DNA of 64,000 nt, taken from positions 60,663 to 124,662 of the forward strand of contig JAOIOW010000003.1 of assembly GCA_028140795.1 (NCBI GenBank). The letters run 5' to 3'. Below, piece after piece: positions 18,039 through 26,359 of the stretch. The stretch comes from Fidelibacterota bacterium (GTDB lineage: Bacteria; Fidelibacterota; Marinisomatia; Marinisomatales; Marinisomataceae). Within the stretch, counting starts at the first letter, position 1, and each line of letters begins with the position of its first letter. The notes beneath the pieces are model-generated. The model made no database searches and had not been told where the DNA came from. It saw only the letters and a list, made by a program, of their open reading frames with translations. The position numbers and the translations under genes are program-made.

Positions 18039-19019
18039 TTAATTCATTAGATTTTTGCTAAAAAAATCTGCGGCAAATTTAAATGATTTTTCTCTAGCTT
18101 CCTCATTCCCACCCATTGTTGGTCCCCTTCCTGCGCAGGTCAATAATGCCAACTCTTGCATTGTGGGAGAATTAATTGGGATTTTCCAAAATTCACTTAA
18201 AAATAAGGTACCTTCATCATTCATTGGAAAGAAACAATCACCAAGTGTATAACCGTGTCCTATTGTAGTTAACTCCATTTCTCTATCAAAAGAGTGGTGA
18301 GCATCTTCGTAAATAGTAATATCTATGTTATGTGATAATCCACTTTCACTCAACTTATCTAAAAAATTCGTACATGCAGAAGCAGGTACCCAATCATCCA
18401 ACTCGCCAATCAAAATATGCACTGGTGCTTGACTAAAAATCATAGATTCATCAGGATAAGGATATGCTAAACACCCAGGATAGATTGGTAAATGAGCAGC
18501 AAATCTAAATTCTCCATCATTGATAGCATTAATTAATGGCATCCAGGCAGAATAGAGCGACACAGTGCCTCCCAAACTCCATCCTGTTATTCCAACATTA
18601 TTAATATCAATATTTGGATGTGTTGACAACGTTTCAAGCGCGAGATAACTATCAAGAATCATCATTGCTGAAGTAACTTCTACCTGACTACCAACTGTAG
18701 ATTGAACATCCCTACTATCGAAACTTTGTAATTGAAACGTAGCAAACCCTAATGAACGATACATTTCTAAATATTTTAAATGATGAGGACCCCAGTTTAA
18801 GCTTCCAGCAACCCCAACAATAAGGGGGTATTTTTTTTCTGTAACAAAATCTGCTGGAAATCCTAAGGTTCCAGTAACAATTTGTGTTTCTTGGTTATCA
18901 AGATCAGTAATTACCTCTTCGAATGAAAATGGATTTCTACTCTCAAAAACAATGGTTTCATTTAACGCTTCTTGAGCTATAATCTGAGAAAAAATTAATA
19001 GTAGAAATATTTTTTTCAT
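18039..19019 (-). CDS. Secreted alpha/beta hydrolase (dienelactone-hydrolase-like)
   Basis: Signal peptide MKKIFLLLIFSQIIAQ, nucleophile elbow 'GWSLGG', and a late 'DAHHSF'. Confidence 0.7.
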   Translation of the reverse strand: MKKIFLLLIFSQIIAQEALNETIVFESRNPFSFEEVITDLDNQETQIVTGTLGFPADFVTEKKYPLIVGVAGSLNWGPHHLKYLEMYRSLGFATFQLQSFDSRDVQSTVGSQVEVTSAMMILDSYLALETLSTHPNIDINNVGITGWSLGGTVSLYSAWMPLINAINDGEFRFAAHLPIYPGCLAYPYPDESMIFSQAPVHILIGELDDWVPASACTNFLDKLSESGLSHNIDITIYEDAHHSFDREMELTTIGHGYTLGDCFFPMNDEGTLFLSEFWKIPINSPTMQELALLTCAGRGPTMGGNEEAREKSFKFAADFFSKNLMN

Positions 19020-19516
19020 GATTTCTCCAATAATTGTAAATACGATTTAAATAGCAATCCACCTCCACCGCTATAACCTACAAGCTCTCCATTACTTCCT
19101 ACTATTCTGTGACAAGGTATGATAATAGGGATTTTATTTGAACCACTAACTCTCCCAACTGCTCTAGCAGATTTAGGTTCTTTAATTTTTTCAGCAACCT
19201 GCTTATAACTTTTTGTTTTTCCGTAAGGAATTTTGGACATTTCCTTAAAAACTTTTAATGAAAACTCTGAACCTTCAATATGAACTGGAATATCAAATTT
19301 TTTTAACTTTCTGGTAAAATAAGCATTCAATTGATTTTGGACCTCTTTAGCAAATTTTGAAGAACTATTTTTATTAATTTTTAAAGATAACTGCCTTTCC
19401 ATTAAATCATTTTTATTCTCCGAAAATGATAAATCAAACAGCTTATTATCATTGAATAAAATTCGAAAATAAAAATGAAGATTATTGACTTGAAATATTT
19501 TTTGATTCATAACCAA
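19016..19516 (-). CDS. ogt: Methylated-DNA--protein-cysteine methyltransferase
   Basis: Active-site 'IPCHRIV', 'YGKTKSYKQVA' and 'GGLLFKSYLL'-type C-terminus. Confidence 0.88.
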   Translation of the reverse strand: MVMNQKIFQVNNLHFYFRILFNDNKLFDLSFSENKNDLMERQLSLKINKNSSSKFAKEVQNQLNAYFTRKLKKFDIPVHIEGSEFSLKVFKEMSKIPYGKTKSYKQVAEKIKEPKSARAVGRVSGSNKIPIIIPCHRIVGSNGELVGYSGGGGLLFKSYLQLLEKS

Positions 19517-19836
19517 AAATTGATATCATCATGAACTTTTACTGTTTGGACTCTCATTTTACTATACCATTGCTTGCCATTTTTTTTTGCTTCGATATGT
19601 AGAAAATTTTTTCTCCATATATCTATGCTTTCTAAATCTTGCCAATAAGATATAAAAGTATTTTCCTTCCCATCACCAAATTTTTCGTATCCAAGATAAC
19701 CAGGTATTTCTGTCACTGCATCAATAGTTTTTTGATCCATATCAGCATATCCTTCAAGATTGTCACTCAGTTTGTAAGAAAATATCACTGCATAGCAGTC
19801 TTTAACATTTTTTGGAATTTTATGAATTTCGCCCAT
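19507..19836 (-). CDS. ABM-domain (antibiotic biosynthesis monooxygenase-like) protein
   Basis: 109 aa with a ferredoxin-like ABM pattern '...GYLGYEKF...TFISYWQDLESIDIWRKN..H'. Confidence 0.6.
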   Translation of the reverse strand: MGEIHKIPKNVKDCYAVIFSYKLSDNLEGYADMDQKTIDAVTEIPGYLGYEKFGDGKENTFISYWQDLESIDIWRKNFLHIEAKKNGKQWYSKMRVQTVKVHDDINFWL

Positions 19837-19874
19837 TAAGCCTTACTTATAGATTGAATATATAGATGAACAAA

Positions 19875-19985
19875 TTAGTATCTCAAAATAAATCTGCTAC
19901 CACATTTAGTGCATTTTGCAAGAAAACTAATATACTCATACCACTTGGTTCTTACCCAAGTATGTTTGCATTTTAAACATTTCAT
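19875..19985 (-). CDS. Unannotated 36-aa zinc-ribbon-like ORF MKCLKCKHTWVRTKWYEYISFLAKCTKCGSRFILRY
   Basis: Below the track's size cutoff. ATG at 19985, TAA at 19877-19875. It has a CxxC-x18-CxxC arrangement and sits 38 nt upstream of the ABM gene on the same strand. Confidence 0.4.
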   Translation of the reverse strand: MKCLKCKHTWVRTKWYEYISFLAKCTKCGSRFILRY

Positions 19986-20038
19986 AATTTTTAAAATTTA
20001 AGTATTTTCTTCAAAAAAACTATATAATATCAAAAATA

Positions 20039-20671
20039 ATGAACCCTAAAATACTAAAAATTATCATTGCTGGAATGGCCATTTGTATTGTCTTTTTATC
20101 GTACAAATTCAATGAAGTAAATAACGATTTAAAGAAATACAAAGAGTATTATAAAGACTTATCAATTATGTATCTAAATGAAGTAATTGAAGCTCCTAAA
20201 CTTGAAGCGCCATCAGCCGAAGATATGAAAGTTACAACAATAGATTTTGATAGCAACATGTTACAATTCTCCGATCTTGAAAATAATAATTTCAGTATTC
20301 AAAATTTTAAGGGAAAAAATCTTTTTATCAACTATTGGGCAACTTGGTGTAATCCTTGTTTAGCCGAAATGCCCTACATGGCTGAGCTGTATGAAAAATA
20401 CAAAGATGAAGAAAATATTATATTTTTGTACTTATCTAGAGAAAAATTAGAGACAATAAAAAATTATGTACCAAAAGATGAAAGTCTTCAAAAACTGCCA
20501 ATTTACAAGATTATCACAGATGATGAATTCTTTGCAACTTCAGGTATTCCTACTACCTTCATTGTTAATTCAGATGGAGAAGTTATTGTAAAGGATCTTG
20601 GAAGCGCTTTTTGGAATGACGAATCTGTTTTCAAATTTATTGATAACCTAATTGGTAAAAATGAAATCTAA
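20039..20671 (+). CDS. Membrane-anchored TlpA/ResA-like thiol:disulfide oxidoreductase
   Basis: N-terminal TM segment 'ILKIIIAGMAICIVFLSY' and thioredoxin motif 'YWATWCNPCLAEMP'. Confidence 0.85.
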   Translation: MNPKILKIIIAGMAICIVFLSYKFNEVNNDLKKYKEYYKDLSIMYLNEVIEAPKLEAPSAEDMKVTTIDFDSNMLQFSDLENNNFSIQNFKGKNLFINYWATWCNPCLAEMPYMAELYEKYKDEENIIFLYLSREKLETIKNYVPKDESLQKLPIYKIITDDEFFATSGIPTTFIVNSDGEVIVKDLGSAFWNDESVFKFIDNLIGKNEI

Positions 20672-22253
20672 TATTTCAATTAATACAGATGATCACTTTC
20701 CATACCTTGGAAACGGAATTCAATTTAATGAACATTTATTTGGTTTAGAGTTTGATGCAAACTTAATTCAACAAACATCAGAATTGATATGGCAACCTAA
20801 TTCAACCTTGCCATACTCGACTCTCAAAAAACTTCCAGCTCCTTATAACATATTATCAGATATTGCACTTGAAATGACTGTGCACAATAATTCAAAAATA
20901 GGTTTAATTGGACAGAATGCACTTTTTAATGAAGTAAAATTAATTGATGATGGATTAATGGATAAATTTATTTTGGATGTACAAAATCATATTGCTAATC
21001 CAACAAAAGAATCAGCTGAATTAATTGCAAACGTAAGATGCTGGTCCTCATGGTTAGCAAATGGAATTAAAATTGAGCCAATCTTTAACGGAAAAAAGAA
21101 AGCATGTTCATTCATTCCATGGCCACTATCAGGACTGCTTTTATTATCTTCAAGAATTACAGGTCAACAACCTGAATTTGAGTATGCTGCAGATTATGTA
21201 TTACGTTCTGGAATTCTTCCAGATCAAGAATTAGATAATTATGATGATTTGAATAAAAATATAGATTATATAAGATCAATTAAGCCTTTAGTTGCTTTCC
21301 ATGATTTTGATGGAAACGAACAAGGATTTAGAATGACTCACCTTGCCATGGAAAGAACTTCAAATATGATGATTGAAAATGCTCATTTAGCAGTTGAAGG
21401 AAATGATATTAAGGAAAATCTTGAAAAAATTGAATTAGCTACAATGCAGTCTAATCAATTATTTAATGCAATGTGGAAAGTAAGTGAACCATTGCTCTAC
21501 AACAAAGAAGTAAGGATTTTTATTCAAGGACTTTTTGGAAATCAAGGAAGTATCTATCCAAAAGAGGGTTTATTTTTTGAAAATTGTGGAGATATATTTA
21601 ACGAAGATTATAACTCTAAAGGTTGCTATTTATCCAATTTACATGGCCAAACTGGTGCAAACAGTTCATATCATCCTATCGCAGATGAAATTACTGGTGT
21701 TGGTAATCATACTCACGCATACATCGCAGACGAAATAGTTGATAAATCTATGATCAAAGGAGTGTTAGAGAAAGGGTATGTAAGCTCTGACGATTTACCA
21801 AAAAATGTGGAAGTTGATTCACTAACAAAATTACTAAAATCATTTAGAGTTGGATACAGACCTCCTGCGCATCATGCCATGATTGTTAAAACAAGAAATA
21901 TTATTCAAAACTCAAATTATTTTTCAAAGATTGAATCTAGTAATGATAATAAAAAAATCTTAGCTAGTGCAGTAAGATGGATTATTCAACATCGAATAGA
22001 TCATTATAAAATGGTTGTTAGCTATATTCTACGAGCGCCAGATCCTTATCAGCATCAAACAAAAGCTAAAGGTACTGGAGGGTCTCCTACCCCTACCTTC
22101 CTTCCAAAAATGTTTACTCACAGCATAGATAGATTACAGAGTTTAGTAGAAAATGAAAATTTACCATGGGCAGATAAACTTATTGATATTACGTCAAATC
22201 ATGAAACTGCAATGCAACAATTCCAAAAAATTGCAATGCAATCTGAAAATTAA
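20661..22253 (+). CDS. Indoleamine 2,3-dioxygenase (IDO)-like heme protein
   Basis: Collinear matches to human IDO1 recalled from memory. 'LHGQTGANSS' matches 'FAGGSAGQSS'. 'YRPPAHHAMI' matches 'YMPPAHRNFL'. 'HRIDHYKMVVSYIL' matches 'LRSYHLQIVTKYIL', which holds the proximal His. 'KAKGTGGSP' matches 'EAKGTGGTD'. The track start at 20652 is TTG; the first ATG is at 20661. Confidence 0.8.
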   Translation: MKSNISINTDDHFPYLGNGIQFNEHLFGLEFDANLIQQTSELIWQPNSTLPYSTLKKLPAPYNILSDIALEMTVHNNSKIGLIGQNALFNEVKLIDDGLMDKFILDVQNHIANPTKESAELIANVRCWSSWLANGIKIEPIFNGKKKACSFIPWPLSGLLLLSSRITGQQPEFEYAADYVLRSGILPDQELDNYDDLNKNIDYIRSIKPLVAFHDFDGNEQGFRMTHLAMERTSNMMIENAHLAVEGNDIKENLEKIELATMQSNQLFNAMWKVSEPLLYNKEVRIFIQGLFGNQGSIYPKEGLFFENCGDIFNEDYNSKGCYLSNLHGQTGANSSYHPIADEITGVGNHTHAYIADEIVDKSMIKGVLEKGYVSSDDLPKNVEVDSLTKLLKSFRVGYRPPAHHAMIVKTRNIIQNSNYFSKIESSNDNKKILASAVRWIIQHRIDHYKMVVSYILRAPDPYQHQTKAKGTGGSPTPTFLPKMFTHSIDRLQSLVENENLPWADKLIDITSNHETAMQQFQKIAMQSEN

Positions 22254-24487
22254 AAATTATCTGTTACTAAATGCTCCATGAAGAAATCAGCCATCTTCTT
22301 ATAAAGATGGTATCTATTCTTCCATCCATCAGCTGGATGATCTTCGCTTAAAAAATTGTTATTGGACATTCCATGGTTCGCATTTGAATAAATGAACATC
22401 TCCATATCTTTTCCATGTTCTGCATACGCTTTAGCAAGCTTTATTGAATGCTGATGATGAACATTATCGTCTGCATTTCCATGTATTTGGAGTAGATGTC
22501 CTTTAGCTTTATCTACGTGTGTAAGTACTGAGGCATTTTTATATCCTTCTGGATTTTCTTCAACTAACCCCATATATCTTTCTGTCCAAATAGTATCATA
22601 TAGTAACGGCTCAACATTTGGAGCAATAGATATACCAGCTTTAAAATAATCGCTGGCTAAAGTCATACACATGTTAGTCAAATAACCGCCGCCACTCCAG
22701 CCCCATATTCCGATGTTATCTCCATCAACATAAGTCAGACCTTGTAAATATTTTGCTGCTTCAATATGATCCTTAACAAGATATTTACCGTAATCACCGT
22801 AAGCTAAATCTTTAAATGCTTTTCCTCTTCCACCAGTACCTCTATTATCAAATGAAAAAATAATAAAATCTCTACTTGCAAAATATTGATGTAAAGTGTG
22901 ACTTCCTGCACCCCATCTGTTAACAACTAATTGTGACCCAGGACCACCATAATTATAAAGAATAACAGGATATTGTTTCATTGGATCAAAATTATGAGGG
23001 TATGTAATTAAGGCATTAAGCCTAGTACCATCATCTGTAAAAATATTAATTAGTTGAGGATAGGTTAGATTATAAGCATCAAATTTAGATCTATCTGTCT
23101 CTCTGAGAGTTCTAACAATCTTTCCATTATCTTCTCTTATGAGTGTTTTCGGAGGAACTGTAAAACTTGAATATGAATTAATGAAATAGTTTAATGTTGG
23201 AGAGAAAGATGATGAATGAGAGCCTTTTTCTTTGGTAAGTCTTTTAAGTCTGGAACCATTGAATCTAATGGAATAAAGATGATTTTCTGTTTCAGTCTCT
23301 TTCTTAGCTGAGAAATAAATTGTTTCATTTCTATAATCAATTGCACTAATATTATTTACCTCCCAATCTCCTCTTGTGACTTGATTTATTGGTCTTCCAT
23401 CAGGTCTATTTCTGTAAATATGACTAAATCCATCTTTTTCAGAAATCCAAATGATTTCTCCATCATCCATAATCGCAAAACTAAAACCTCTCTTAGTAGT
23501 CCATGTGCCAATTTCACCTGGAACAATAAAAGGATCTCTGTCAATCCAAGAATCATTTGAATCATTTAGGATTAGATCTGCCCCATTAGTATCGAAATCA
23601 TATTTGTATAAATTCCAATCATTTTGCTTCCTATTCAAAGTAGCAAAATAAAGATTAGATGAATTGGTTTGCCAAATGATATCGGGAATATAATATGCCG
23701 TATCTGGTAAATTGACTGATCTATATTCTTTATTTTTTAAATCTAATATACTAATCGAAACAATAGGATTATCTTCTCCGGTTTTTGGATACCTAATATA
23801 CTTAACAACTGGATATTGTGCTTCATAATCAACCAAAGCATACTCTTTAACATATGTTTGATCTTCTCTTATAAACGCAATGTAATCACTATTAGGACTC
23901 CACTTGTATGAATCATAAGTACCAAACTCTTCCTCATAAACCCATCCAAAATGTCCGTTAAGAATATCTTCGCTCCCGTCAAAAGTAAGCTGTTCTTCAA
24001 GCTCGTTAGTTAAATCAAAAAGATATAAATTGTTATCATTTCGAACGAATGCTAGCTTGTTTGAATCTGGAGAAAATTTTACATTTCTTAAACTATCAGG
24101 ATCACTGGTGACAGGCGTTAAAGATTCTGATGATATATCGTACACATAATATGAACCATAAGAAGAATGTCTCCATAGTTTTACTGAATTCTTTTTTAAA
24201 AGCAACTTTGTTTGATCTGGACTAAATGAATACGAAAAATTGCTTATAATATCTTTTTTGACTGTAAAGGCTTTTAAGGTATCATTTGAAGCAAGATTAT
24301 ATTCATAAAATTCTAACCCTTCATCATTTCTTTCCGAAAAATAATATGAATCAGAACTATTCTTCCAATCATATCTTCCAATTGATTCGGTTCTAAATGT
24401 GCCATCAAGTACGTTTTCTAAAGATATTTTATCTTGGGGAAAAAGCGTACCAAACATTAAAATAATAATTAAGTATTTATATCTCAT
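22250..24487 (-). CDS. Dipeptidyl-peptidase IV family serine peptidase (S9B)
   Basis: Signal peptide, beta-propeller-like N-terminal half, 'GIWGWSGGGY' nucleophile, and a late 'GNADDNVH' motif. Confidence 0.88.
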   Translation of the reverse strand: MRYKYLIIILMFGTLFPQDKISLENVLDGTFRTESIGRYDWKNSSDSYYFSERNDEGLEFYEYNLASNDTLKAFTVKKDIISNFSYSFSPDQTKLLLKKNSVKLWRHSSYGSYYVYDISSESLTPVTSDPDSLRNVKFSPDSNKLAFVRNDNNLYLFDLTNELEEQLTFDGSEDILNGHFGWVYEEEFGTYDSYKWSPNSDYIAFIREDQTYVKEYALVDYEAQYPVVKYIRYPKTGEDNPIVSISILDLKNKEYRSVNLPDTAYYIPDIIWQTNSSNLYFATLNRKQNDWNLYKYDFDTNGADLILNDSNDSWIDRDPFIVPGEIGTWTTKRGFSFAIMDDGEIIWISEKDGFSHIYRNRPDGRPINQVTRGDWEVNNISAIDYRNETIYFSAKKETETENHLYSIRFNGSRLKRLTKEKGSHSSSFSPTLNYFINSYSSFTVPPKTLIREDNGKIVRTLRETDRSKFDAYNLTYPQLINIFTDDGTRLNALITYPHNFDPMKQYPVILYNYGGPGSQLVVNRWGAGSHTLHQYFASRDFIIFSFDNRGTGGRGKAFKDLAYGDYGKYLVKDHIEAAKYLQGLTYVDGDNIGIWGWSGGGYLTNMCMTLASDYFKAGISIAPNVEPLLYDTIWTERYMGLVEENPEGYKNASVLTHVDKAKGHLLQIHGNADDNVHHQHSIKLAKAYAEHGKDMEMFIYSNANHGMSNNNFLSEDHPADGWKNRYHLYKKMADFFMEHLVTDNF

Positions 24488-24529
24488 ATTTTTGAATATA
24501 TAGATTTTTAATGAAAATAATCTAATAGT

Positions 24530-26257
24530 TTATGGAATGAACCAACCCATAGAATCATAAACTATTCCAACCGAAACGAATCCTTGGATAGCAAAAAGTA
24601 CTCCAGTTAATACTAAACCTAACACTGAGCCCATAACACCATTGTTTGCAGCATAGCCAAAGATAGTAGTTGGTTTATAAATCAACTCTTTATAATTGAT
24701 AGATTCATCAACTTGCTGTAATAAGGCTTTTGCACTCGATAAATCGTTAATTCTTTCCTCTCCTTTTCCAGCAAGCTTTAGCTCCCAAATTTCTTCTTCA
24801 ATAATGAAAAGTTCATTTCTGATAAAATCCCTATGCTTTGCGCTAAGAGATTGCAGTTGAATGGCTTTTGAAATTGCAAATAAGCAAATAACTGAAACAG
24901 CAACAATTACTGTTCCAATTAAATACACAGTGGAAATATGGTGCTTCATGCCTGTCCATACTATCAGATTTAATATTCCAACACATAACAAGGAATAAAA
25001 AATTAAAATTGAAGTATAGCCCTGAATTCGTAGATAATATGTTTCACCAAATGATCGTAAAACATTTCTCATGTTCATCCAAGCAAACACATTGACTCTT
25101 TTTTGTAAATCGACAAAGATTCTATCTTCTTTTTTATCTTTATAAAAACTTTTAAAAATTGAAGAAAGTTTTAAACCAGGGTAAGATACAAGCTCTCCCA
25201 ATTTCTTGGATGTAGCATATCTTCTTTCATAGTCTGCTGCACAAACCATTCCAAACATCATAAGTTGAAATCCATTGAAAAGTCCAAGAAGAGTTGCTAC
25301 AGAAATAATTTTTTCTTGAGGAGTAACTCCAAACAAGTCCATTCCATAAAAATATTTTGACAAGAATGCTGCTACAGGTAATAATAACATACATAAATAT
25401 GTCAATTGCTGCATATATTTGAGCGCAGGTAAACGATAAACTGAATTAATTATATTGTAAAGAATAAATCCTGAAGGAAGTTCATTTTCTTTTGTTGAGC
25501 TTGTGGAAGATGGAAATAGCTCATTATTTGACTCATTAATTAATTTATCTCTAGTTTCTTTGCATGGTTCAAATGGAATTCCTTGTAAACAAATATCATT
25601 TTCATCCATAGCAATAGTTAATTCATCTTCAATTAATCCTGGAAACTCCCAAGGGCGCATCCATCCTTGAGCAATTAATCTTCTGACAGTTTTATTATCA
25701 TCCCAATCTGGAGCTGGTAAGCATAAGCGTTCTAAATCCTCTGGTCTAAAATATCCATACTTAGTAGCAATAATTAGTCTTCTAAAAAATAAGAGCAAGT
25801 AAGCTAAAATCATGTGAAATGGATCAATATTAAGAATCAGCTCTTTATCTGAAAAAAGTGCTAAAAATAGCCCAATATTCATCAACCATGATGCAGGATA
25901 AATAATCAACCAATTATTACGGATTGTCGATAAAGAATGGTGTTTTGTAGATATTGCAATTAACTGTCTATTTTGAGAAACGTGCCATGCCCTAGATAAA
26001 GAACCTTCTAAAAATATTGCTGCTATTGGCGAAAAAATGACCGGAGGTAAATTTTCATATATAAAGGATTTCCAAAATGCTTTCCATGAAAAGCTTACTG
26101 GAGAATGAAATTTATCAACTGTTTTATCTTTCGACGCGCTTCTTAATTTTGCAGCTTGATATGGTGAATCTATGCCTGATATAAATTTTTCATCATCTTG
26201 ATTGGAAGGCTTTCTAAGACTCAAAAATGATTGAATTTTTTGGATTGTTTTGCTCAT
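24530..26257 (-). CDS. Multi-pass membrane protein, no recognisable family
   Basis: 575-aa ORF with about 8 hydrophobic helices, two soluble loops and a C-terminal coiled-coil-like stretch. I recognise no motif. Confidence 0.6.
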   Translation of the reverse strand: MSKTIQKIQSFLSLRKPSNQDDEKFISGIDSPYQAAKLRSASKDKTVDKFHSPVSFSWKAFWKSFIYENLPPVIFSPIAAIFLEGSLSRAWHVSQNRQLIAISTKHHSLSTIRNNWLIIYPASWLMNIGLFLALFSDKELILNIDPFHMILAYLLLFFRRLIIATKYGYFRPEDLERLCLPAPDWDDNKTVRRLIAQGWMRPWEFPGLIEDELTIAMDENDICLQGIPFEPCKETRDKLINESNNELFPSSTSSTKENELPSGFILYNIINSVYRLPALKYMQQLTYLCMLLLPVAAFLSKYFYGMDLFGVTPQEKIISVATLLGLFNGFQLMMFGMVCAADYERRYATSKKLGELVSYPGLKLSSIFKSFYKDKKEDRIFVDLQKRVNVFAWMNMRNVLRSFGETYYLRIQGYTSILIFYSLLCVGILNLIVWTGMKHHISTVYLIGTVIVAVSVICLFAISKAIQLQSLSAKHRDFIRNELFIIEEEIWELKLAGKGEERINDLSSAKALLQQVDESINYKELIYKPTTIFGYAANNGVMGSVLGLVLTGVLFAIQGFVSVGIVYDSMGWFIP

Positions 26258-26359
26258 AATTTTTTAAAAGTGATTCAATTTAAAGTATTTTTCAAAATTC
26301 TATTATCAATTTTTTAATAGATTTGCATAAACATTGATGCTGTCATAAATTCGCTGTCT

